Notes under the pieces: generated by a model
Seen by the model: only the letters and a program-made list of their open reading frames with translations
The model's database searches: none
Told to the model about the DNA's origin: nothing
Translations under genes and position numbers: made by a program
Part shown: positions 8,035 through 15,410 of the stretch, piece by piece
Layout: each line of letters starts with the position of its first letter
Position numbering within the stretch: the stretch's first letter is position 1
Origin: a virus
Taxonomy: Duplodnaviria > Caudoviricetes
Reading direction: 5' to 3' (one strand)
Length of the DNA stretch: 25,506 bases
Virus record (IMG/VR): IMGVR_UViG_3300032047_000116
Span: 1 to 25,506 of that record

Positions 8035-10386
8035 TCACCAATATGTTGCAGGTCGGGGTGCTCCCATTGCGGCTTCAAGGTCCCAACCTAAGACCTTGAA
8101 CATTGCTTTGATTTTGTTTTGAACGAGTTTTTCAATGACTGCTTTCTTGTCAATCTCAAACCCATCCAAGTCTTGTTCTTCACGATAGGCGGCATATTTT
8201 GTAGGAGGTTTCCCAATAGGAGGATGAGAAACATACAGGTATGCGACTGAATTGCCTTTCACGAATGCATCGCGTTCATCTTTGACGATGTGTTCATTGT
8301 AGTATTGTGCTCCTTGCGCGGCAGGAGTTTTAGAAGGGAACACGCCTATGCGTGTCCATTGGGTTATCTCCTTCAAGTCGTATTCACCACGACGGAGCGG
8401 CTTGACCATCTTAAGGACGGCTTCACGCACATCACCTTCGGAGGCTCCTGTGCAGATGAGTTCGAGCACAGTGCGTTCAGCACGCTTGCTGATAGGTGCT
8501 TTGCCGCTCCCCTTCATCAGTTGAGCGTTCTTCCATTTGCCTTTATCGGCTTCGGGATATGACACGATACCTGCATAGCGGTTGTTTGTCTCCAAATACC
8601 AATAGTCCATGTAAGCCTCAAGTTCCGCGAACAACTTTTTGTTCCCGGTCTGTTCTTGGACAACATCAGTCACGCGCTTTGCCAAACGCTCTGCATCTTC
8701 AAGAGGTACTTGAATGAAAGCAGAGTCGGTGAATCCGTAAATCACATTGTACCCCATGTCGGTAGCAACGGTGTCAAGAAGGGCGATGCATCTGCGACCC
8801 TCGGAGAGAATCGTTTCAGCAAGGTCCATGTCAGCCCAACCGTATCCAGCGTGCGCGGTTAATCCATATAGTGACGCCATGACGCGTTTTACTGCCGACT
8901 GTGTTGTGTTCCATGCGGCTCGCCCTTGCTTTGTTTTAGCGTCGCGCATGTTCTGTTTGCATACATCACGGTAGTCAAACAAGTAGTCAACGATGGTAGG
9001 AAGTATGCCCTTCTCACCTTGATACCAGTAAGTACCGTTCTCCATTCGCAGAACATCTTCGCCCGGTCCGTCACGCTTGGTAGTCCAGCAGAGGTTGTAG
9101 CCTGTCATGAGTGATGGGTACAGTCCTTTGTAATCCAGCACTGCGACATTCTCGTAAAGGCCGTTATCTTTCTTGATGAACTCAGCGCCCTTGAGGTCCT
9201 CTCGCTGAGCATTATATCGAGACGGGGCTTTCAATCCTGTTCGTCGGGAAATCAAACCGCGTGCAAAGTTCGTGACATTGGATACTGAACTCAGCGACAC
9301 GCCTGTTAGACGCACCATCTCGACAAAGAAGTCGGTCACATTGCGCGCTTCATCAATACCACGAAGCAGAACGGTGTCAAGCAAACAGTAGTCAACAAAC
9401 TCGGACCAATACTCATACCAGCCGTTGTGGACTGTCATGCCGTCAATCTCTTCGGTGAGTTTTGAACCAAGACCAAGCGTCTCTGCGATAGTATTCAACT
9501 TGAGGTTAGGTAGTTGACCACCACCACTGTCTTTCCACACGCGCTCGAAGCCTGTGCCGCTTCCTTCGGGAGCGGCGGTGTCAAACTGCCAGCGACCAGC
9601 AATAGGTTGAGCGTCGTATCGGTATCTCCCGCCCTTCTTTGGGTATCGGATAACACCGAGAGGACTCAACTTAGACGCGCCACCATGACCGTAAATCTTG
9701 TCAAGGCGTTCAATCATGTGGGGTATGTCAAAGAAGGTTCCCGCGTGAGCAATCATCATGTCGGGGTCGCGCTCTTGTAAGAACTCAATGAAGCCATCAT
9801 ACATTTCCTTCTCGGATTTGAACAACTTCAAATGATATTCTGTGTCACGAACTTTTTTGTTCATTGTGCCTTGAGGACTCAATCTGTTGAGGTGCGGACA
9901 GTTGGTGCGTTCGTCAGCCCATGCAAAGACAACGGGTGTGTCAAGGTCGGAGTCAATGACAGCGATGACAGTCGTAAAGTTGTCATCGCCTGTGTCACAT
10001 TCAATATCATACCACCACTTGCGCGGCTTCCACTTTGGCATTTCAGCAACATTGTTGATGAGGTATTGGTCGGGGAAGTACACATCAGCCTCGTAGGTTT
10101 TTGTGAAACCCATAGCCATGTTGCGTATGTCATAAGGTGAGTCAGCCTCAACCTTCAGCAACTTCGTCTTATCAAGAGCAGTGAATGTCTCGCCTTCAAC
10201 TATTTGCGCAGTAGGGAAACTGCGAAGCATTTTCTTGATTCGATATTCCGGCGTGTGTGCAGGAAGGAAGAAGTGGGGTCTGTAATCCAACTGACGGTGT
10301 TCAAACAAGGCTCTGCTTTCTCCACCGCGCCATCTTGTATAGACAGTAGGTGGTCCATCGTCGTGATAAATCGCATCGACAATCAT
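8035..10386 (-). CDS. polB: Family B DNA polymerase
   Basis: ExoI YDIECD, ExoII FFDIPHM, ExoIII YCLLD, region II LDYKGLYPS, region III KRVMASLYG, region I YGFTDS and NRYAG. Confidence 0.96.
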   Translation of the reverse strand: MIVDAIYHDDGPPTVYTRWRGGESRALFEHRQLDYRPHFFLPAHTPEYRIKKMLRSFPTAQIVEGETFTALDKTKLLKVEADSPYDIRNMAMGFTKTYEADVYFPDQYLINNVAEMPKWKPRKWWYDIECDTGDDNFTTVIAVIDSDLDTPVVFAWADERTNCPHLNRLSPQGTMNKKVRDTEYHLKLFKSEKEMYDGFIEFLQERDPDMMIAHAGTFFDIPHMIERLDKIYGHGGASKLSPLGVIRYPKKGGRYRYDAQPIAGRWQFDTAAPEGSGTGFERVWKDSGGGQLPNLKLNTIAETLGLGSKLTEEIDGMTVHNGWYEYWSEFVDYCLLDTVLLRGIDEARNVTDFFVEMVRLTGVSLSSVSNVTNFARGLISRRTGLKAPSRYNAQREDLKGAEFIKKDNGLYENVAVLDYKGLYPSLMTGYNLCWTTKRDGPGEDVLRMENGTYWYQGEKGILPTIVDYLFDYRDVCKQNMRDAKTKQGRAAWNTTQSAVKRVMASLYGLTAHAGYGWADMDLAETILSEGRRCIALLDTVATDMGYNVIYGFTDSAFIQVPLEDAERLAKRVTDVVQEQTGNKKLFAELEAYMDYWYLETNNRYAGIVSYPEADKGKWKNAQLMKGSGKAPISKRAERTVLELICTGASEGDVREAVLKMVKPLRRGEYDLKEITQWTRIGVFPSKTPAAQGAQYYNEHIVKDERDAFVKGNSVAYLYVSHPPIGKPPTKYAAYREEQDLDGFEIDKKAVIEKLVQNKIKAMFKVLGWDLEAAMGAPRPATYW

Positions 10387-11144
10387 TGGTCAACACCTTC
10401 TTGGTGCTTGAGGATAAGCATGCAGTCCACTTCTTGGTGCTTGAGGATGAGAGCACTCTCTTTCCCAATGAAGAACTCAACATCACCACTGCCCATAACT
10501 CTCAATAGTTTAGGAAGAACTGACGAGAAGACAGTTTCAATCTTATCGAAGACGGGCGAACAGTCAACATCAATGACCCTGCTCATGCGAGCACCGCGCG
10601 CACTTCCGACGGTCACGGTCATCTCTTGTGTGTGCATGCTGATACGAACAGGTGCATCTTTGGAAGTTGCTTTGGTCATAGCGTCAAGACCATGCAGGTC
10701 ACTCATGGTTAGAGTTCCGCGACATTGTATATCAGCGCGCCCTAACTTCTTGTAGCCGCTCTTCTCGAATCCTGAGATTGCAAACCTTGCTCGCGCAACA
10801 GTTAGATTGGATAGAACTTCAGTGTAGGTAGGAGTGCTGTATTGGTCGTTTTCATTGACCAATGTCAGCACGCCTCCTACATGTCGAATGCTTGTGACAG
10901 CCCCTTTGCACGCCTTGAGGAAAGCGTTCACCTTGTCAAGTTGAGGGATGAACACATCACCCATGTTGTATGTATCTCCCATGTTCACAACGATTGATTT
11001 GTGAACATAGTGGGTATCAACATCAGCCCAACCTGTCAACTTCATGTCTTTGATTTGACAGAAGAGGTCATTGACGCCTTCACCGAAGCCGGAAATAAAC
11101 CCGCGCAACAAATCTGTGTTGAAACTCGCTTGAGCCAGCGTCAT
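10383..11144 (-). CDS. PCNA-like sliding clamp (divergent)
   Basis: About 253 aa, with a repeated alpha/beta pattern compatible with a clamp fold. It lies directly upstream of polB and a clamp loader is encoded nearby. Sequence motifs are weak. Confidence 0.6.
   Translation of the reverse strand: MTLAQASFNTDLLRGFISGFGEGVNDLFCQIKDMKLTGWADVDTHYVHKSIVVNMGDTYNMGDVFIPQLDKVNAFLKACKGAVTSIRHVGGVLTLVNENDQYSTPTYTEVLSNLTVARARFAISGFEKSGYKKLGRADIQCRGTLTMSDLHGLDAMTKATSKDAPVRISMHTQEMTVTVGSARGARMSRVIDVDCSPVFDKIETVFSSVLPKLLRVMGSGDVEFFIGKESALILKHQEVDCMLILKHQEGVDQ
10397..10448. repeat. 19-bp direct repeat (33-bp period) encoding LILKHQE twice at the clamp C-terminus
   Basis: cttcttggtgcttgaggat at 10397-10415 and 10430-10448. 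Confidence 0.85.
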
Positions 11145-11299
11145 TCGTATGCCTCCCCATTCAGCGTCATGTAAATCGCAATGCAATCTTCGCAAATAGG
11201 CGCATCGGAGTCGTCACCCACAGATGCGTAGTCGCCTATCGCTCCGCAGAGTCTTGGTTTCAGTAGTCCTTTAATGTGAATCACCTTTTGTTTCTTCAT
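11141..11299 (-). CDS. 52-aa Zn-binding microprotein (not in ORF track)
   Basis: MKKQKVIHIKGLLKPRLCGAIGDYASVGDDSDAPICEDCIAIYMTLNGEAYE*. GAGGTGA RBS; its stop overlaps the clamp ATG. Confidence 0.7.
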   Translation of the reverse strand: MKKQKVIHIKGLLKPRLCGAIGDYASVGDDSDAPICEDCIAIYMTLNGEAYE

Positions 11300-11645
11300 C
11301 TTTTTCACCTCTCGGTACATATCGCAAACACACGCAGTCGTAAAAGAAAATGACTTCTTCTCCTTCCTTCATCATGCGTTCTTGGACCGCGCCACCGCCT
11401 GCACATTGCGTGCATTTCGGGTCGGGGACCACTTGCCAGTCAATGAAAATGCAATCGCATGGGTGGTTGACGAACTCAACATCAACACACTCCCCTTCGT
11501 AGTTCCGAACGGGTTGTTCAATGATGTATTCACCAGTACCTCCACAGGCATTGCAGTCGGGGTTCGCTTCGTAGCACGGATTGTCTTCAAGACTTCTCCC
11601 TGTGGCATTGTTGTGCGCAGGTGTCCCTGTGGTTTTCCAAGCCAT
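11271..11645 (-). CDS. Protein with two DnaJ-type (CxxCxGxG) zinc-finger repeats
   Basis: NPDCNACGGTG...PCDCI and DPKCTQCAGGG...DCVCL. Confidence 0.7.
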   Translation of the reverse strand: MAWKTTGTPAHNNATGRSLEDNPCYEANPDCNACGGTGEYIIEQPVRNYEGECVDVEFVNHPCDCIFIDWQVVPDPKCTQCAGGGAVQERMMKEGEEVIFFYDCVCLRYVPRGEKDEETKGDSH

Positions 11646-12670
11646 CAAACTTCACCCTCTCGTAGTTCCGGTAGTCCAAACCACTGAGGCGCTTCGTCCT
11701 TCTTCGTCACCATGATGGTGCGTCGTTGGTCAAGCAAGTTAGGGTTGGTCTTGATTTTAACGAACTCAACTTCGTAGCGTGTCTCACCTGTTGGTGAGTT
11801 ATCTTCACCGCGCACTTTCTTCTTGTGGAAGTAGAGGATTTGGTTGAGGTAGTTCGCAGTGTGCTTTTCCCATGATGGTTTCTTACCAATCACATTGCCA
11901 CTCTTGTCTTGCAGTTCCTTGAAGTGAGTCTCAAAGTAAACATTCACGCCGAGGGACATGAGCGTCCGAGCGATGGTGGTGAGTTGGTGGAAACGCGTAG
12001 TACGAATCTGCCAGTTGAAGCGGAGTCCGACTTGCTCATGAGGCTTAACCTTCGCACCAATGCCATCGGGTGCAGTACCCAAGTCTTCGATGAACATGCA
12101 GTTCTTAGCGACTTCATCCCAAAGGTCAACCGCAGTGATAAGCACTGAGTGAAGACGAGGTTTGTCTCCGGGGCGTGCGGCCCAATCAACAAGCGTCTGT
12201 CCAATTTTCATCACGCGTCGGTGAGTTGCAGGATAGTCGATGGCTTCACGAATGTCACCATCAGCGTCAGTTTGTTGGAACATGACATTCGGACTGAGGC
12301 AACGGATGTTCTTGGCATGCTCGCGATGATGTGTGACGCGGGTGGTTTGTCCGCCACCATCAAAGTCCAACACGAAGATAACATCCCCGCGCTTCTTATC
12401 TTCTTCACTCATGCTGTCGAGTACGATGCCTGTCTTACCAACACCTTCGGGACCGATAAGGCCCATGAAAATTTGACTCGTAGGCACTTCGTCACCAGCG
12501 TTGACGATTTCGTCCCACACGGATTTAGCAATAGGTTGCTTGACGGGCGTGGTAGGGGCTTCAATCATCTCCCCGGTAGTCGGGTCAAATGGTGCGTCGG
12601 TTGTATGTTGGGGTCCAACCTTTGGGTGTGTCAGTCGGGCTTGGTTTTTCAAATCTTTTAGGTTAGGCAT
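11645..12670 (-). CDS. RecA-superfamily/AAA_24 (Sak4/RadA-like) ATPase, probable recombinase or annealing protein
   Basis: Walker A GPEGVGKT, followed by VLDFDGG and VYFETH. Adjacent to the SSB gene. Confidence 0.7.
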   Translation of the reverse strand: MPNLKDLKNQARLTHPKVGPQHTTDAPFDPTTGEMIEAPTTPVKQPIAKSVWDEIVNAGDEVPTSQIFMGLIGPEGVGKTGIVLDSMSEEDKKRGDVIFVLDFDGGGQTTRVTHHREHAKNIRCLSPNVMFQQTDADGDIREAIDYPATHRRVMKIGQTLVDWAARPGDKPRLHSVLITAVDLWDEVAKNCMFIEDLGTAPDGIGAKVKPHEQVGLRFNWQIRTTRFHQLTTIARTLMSLGVNVYFETHFKELQDKSGNVIGKKPSWEKHTANYLNQILYFHKKKVRGEDNSPTGETRYEVEFVKIKTNPNLLDQRRTIMVTKKDEAPQWFGLPELREGEV

Positions 12671-12675
12671 GTTAT

Positions 12676-13986
12676 TCACTCTCCGTATTGGGTAAGGTTT
12701 GTGTCGCCGCCTTCACCAGCAGGGATAGCGAGGCGTGGGACTGCGTAAACACCGAAGGTCTTGATTGCAGGTTCGGGTCCGTCATCAGTGACGCGCACAC
12801 TCAATCGTCCGAAGACAATGACCGTGGACTTCACTGCGTATGGTTTCCATCCTTCATCGGTGGCGTAATCAAACGGGTGTCCGTCATCGCCAAGCACTCC
12901 GTGGATGTAGCAAGGTAGGTTCTGTCGGCGGCTTCCGTTGAATGTGCGCATGAGGTCAAAGGATGACAACGACATTGAGTAGTCGTGACCAATCGGGTCC
13001 CACTCAGTCTCGCGTGCTTCCTTTCGCATGTCACTGACTTTGCCTCTTACGAAGACAAGAGGTCCGACAGGGTTGTATCCGGGGACAATTTCTTGTCGCG
13101 TCTCAAAGACTTCGGCAAGTGATGAAATGTCCTTGATGTAAGCATGGAGTCCGGGGACAAGTCTGTCCGGTCGGATAACATCACGAATCTCTTCTTCAAC
13201 AAACTCGTTGCCGTAAGTGAAAGATGCAGGTAGTGGGTAAGCAGTGTAGGAATCAGCCCACTCCGGCTTGACATTCGCGCTTTGAGGTCGCACTTTGAGT
13301 GTACCTTCTTGGAACAGTTGAGGGATGAACCACTCATCGGGGTTCTTGGAAGTCACGCTGATGCGCAATATTCTTTGTTCGTTCAAGTAGTTGTCCTTGT
13401 CATTACCGAGGAAGTAGTAAGTTCGTTGGTGTCGGTAAGGTGTGATTGGCTCACCGTAGCGGGACCACTGTTGGTTGTTTTGAAGGATGGCGATGCTCAG
13501 TCCGTGTTCTTCAAAGAGGAACCACGGCTTGATACCGGATGATTCTTCGGTAGCCTTCGGTCCATCGACTCCCTCAAGCATCCACACACCGCTCTCGGTG
13601 TATGCGCGGGCCACAAGTCCATCTGCAACGGCCCCGTCAAGGTCATTCAATGCGGCTTGCACAGCAGGTCCGCGCTTTCGTTCTTGGCTGTCACGGACCT
13701 TCGGGTCAACACCGATGAAGTATCCGACGAGTTCAACTGCGTTGTTGGTTCCGCCACTCATGACGCGTCGCTCAACCACGAAGGTTTCTGCGGCATCAAT
13801 CATGAAGTCGTCTTCTTCATCTTCGGGGTTGTCAACACCGAGTTCGTTCTTGAGGTAGGTGAAGAAATCACCTGTCGCGTCATCAAGACTCTTTCCGTTC
13901 TTCTCAGCCCACCACTTAAGGCGTTCTTCCACATCGCTGTGGAGGCTGTTGTTGTTTTTGGCTTCAGTTTGGTTTAGGTTTGGCAT
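12676..13986 (-). CDS. RPA-like multi-OB-fold single-stranded DNA-binding protein
   Basis: OB-like strands VELVGYFIGV, VFVRGKVSDM and TVIVFGRLSVR. Acidic, and positioned between RFC and the recombinase. Confidence 0.55.
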   Translation of the reverse strand: MPNLNQTEAKNNNSLHSDVEERLKWWAEKNGKSLDDATGDFFTYLKNELGVDNPEDEEDDFMIDAAETFVVERRVMSGGTNNAVELVGYFIGVDPKVRDSQERKRGPAVQAALNDLDGAVADGLVARAYTESGVWMLEGVDGPKATEESSGIKPWFLFEEHGLSIAILQNNQQWSRYGEPITPYRHQRTYYFLGNDKDNYLNEQRILRISVTSKNPDEWFIPQLFQEGTLKVRPQSANVKPEWADSYTAYPLPASFTYGNEFVEEEIRDVIRPDRLVPGLHAYIKDISSLAEVFETRQEIVPGYNPVGPLVFVRGKVSDMRKEARETEWDPIGHDYSMSLSSFDLMRTFNGSRRQNLPCYIHGVLGDDGHPFDYATDEGWKPYAVKSTVIVFGRLSVRVTDDGPEPAIKTFGVYAVPRLAIPAGEGGDTNLTQYGE

Positions 13987-13988
13987 GT

Positions 13989-14879
13989 TTAGTCCTCCTT
14001 GTTTTTGTTTTGGTTTTTTGTGTGTAAGGTCGCTACGAAGTAGTCAATAAATGACTCACTTCCGAGGTCCCATTGGTTCATCTTCAAGACGAAATCTCCC
14101 CACACAGAGAAGAAGGTATATAGTTGTTCCGAGGTCATCCCTACGGTTTTCACATATTCGTGAATGCGACGCATGATGTATTGATGGGAAGAGCCTTCCC
14201 TTAGCATATTCAGCATGGTTCTGTGGGCAGACTCCCACTCATTTGCGGCCAAGTCGAGAGCCAATGAATCTAAATCATCTTGTTCTTCGGGGAACAATTC
14301 AAGTCCACTTAGAAGATGATTACCAATAGCGCGAAGGTCCCCACCGAACTGTGAATGCAGTACCTCGGCGCTGACCGTAGGTGAAATGCCTTGTCTAATA
14401 ATCAAGTGTTCAATATACGCGCGTACATGTTTTACTTCGTATGGTCGGAATTTGAACATGACGCATCGTGATTTGATAGCAGGAATAATCTTGCTTTGGT
14501 CGTTGCAAGTTAGTATCCACCAACAGTTGCTCTTCTCCATGATGCGCTTCAATGAATCTTGCGCAGGCTTGGTAAGACCGTCAGCCTCATCGAGTAAAAT
14601 CAGTCGCCCACCATCCCAAAGGTTGGTCGCTTGAGCAACTCGCTTCAACTTGTTTCGGATAAATTCAATACCGCGCTCATCACTTGCGTTGTATTCAAAG
14701 ACTTGCAGTCCGAGATATTCTGCTATAATGTAAGCGGCGCTTGTCTTTCCGAGTCCCGGCGCTCCGTGCAACAGGAGGTTTTGGGGGCTATCAGCATCCC
14801 ACTCGTCAAGGTAAAACAAGGGCATGTGTGGTTCGTTTGCTCCGATAAAATCGGTTAATTTTCGGCAGGTGAGTTTCAT
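13989..14879 (-). CDS. rfcS: Replication factor C small subunit (clamp loader)
   Basis: LLLHGAPGLGKTSAA, EYNASDERGIEFIR, ILLDEADGLT, AQDSLKRIME, CNDQSKII, IKSRC and GDLR. Confidence 0.93.
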   Translation of the reverse strand: MKLTCRKLTDFIGANEPHMPLFYLDEWDADSPQNLLLHGAPGLGKTSAAYIIAEYLGLQVFEYNASDERGIEFIRNKLKRVAQATNLWDGGRLILLDEADGLTKPAQDSLKRIMEKSNCWWILTCNDQSKIIPAIKSRCVMFKFRPYEVKHVRAYIEHLIIRQGISPTVSAEVLHSQFGGDLRAIGNHLLSGLELFPEEQDDLDSLALDLAANEWESAHRTMLNMLREGSSHQYIMRRIHEYVKTVGMTSEQLYTFFSVWGDFVLKMNQWDLGSESFIDYFVATLHTKNQNKNKED

Positions 14880-14917
14880 TTTTCTTCCTCGAAATCACTT
14901 GCATATTCCGCGTCGCC

Positions 14918-14924
14918 TTATAAA
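14918..14924 (-). promoter_or_regulatory. TATA box (TTTATAA) for the rfc-ssb-polB replication operon
   Basis: Consensus archaeal TATA about 39 nt upstream of ATG 14879, with a GAGGA RBS. Confidence 0.6.
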
Positions 14925-14952
14925 GGGGGGGTCCAGCGACCACTCTTTCTCG

Positions 14953-15030
14953 ATATTATCTTATTATTATTATAAGAATAATAGTATTACTTTCTTTATT
15001 AGAATGATAATAGAATAGTGATAATTGAAA
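14953..15030. other. AT-rich island B, candidate origin or regulatory element
   Basis: Very AT-rich relative to the coding regions, with TAT/ATA triplet runs, an imperfect palindrome TATTATCTTA...TAAGAATAATA, and ATAGTGATAATTGA at 15015-15028. Confidence 0.55.
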
Positions 15031-15047
15031 CACCAATGCGTCAATAG

Positions 15048-15410
15048 TCAATCTTCTCTATCTAACAGGTCGATGATTTCAGCAATCTCTTTGTGGGTAG
15101 GAGCACGCCCTTTGAAATCCATGAGCCTCACCATCTTCACCATGTTCTTCAAGTCATACACATGCTGTTTGACGGGTGACAGTATGCGGATGATGTGCCG
15201 TATCAATTCGGCATCCTTGAGGATTCGTGCATTGATACCCTGCGTGGCGAGCCACATGTTGAGGGCGGGTTCGTCCTTTCGGCTAACCAAGACGCGCCTC
15301 TCTACGCGGTAACCAATTCGTGTTTTCGGAGAGAAGTGAACGCTTAGTTGGAACCGACATTCTCTCGCCAGCCAACCGAGAAAGAAAGCGTCTTCATCCA
15401 TTCGGCTCAC
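15048..15410 (-). CDS. Single-motif LAGLIDADG-like protein
   Basis: FFLGWLARECRFQLSV aligns with the YLAGFxDGDGSI helix. It is followed by a basic hairpin, SPKTRIGYRVERRVLVSRKD. Confidence 0.55.
   Translation of the reverse strand: MSRMDEDAFFLGWLARECRFQLSVHFSPKTRIGYRVERRVLVSRKDEPALNMWLATQGINARILKDAELIRHIIRILSPVKQHVYDLKNMVKMVRLMDFKGRAPTHKEIAEIIDLLDRED

Noticed and set aside
8035-10386. Intein in PolB (or in the helicase or RFC)
   Set aside because: Protein lengths are normal, motifs are contiguous, and no intein splice-junction (C...HN) signatures were seen.
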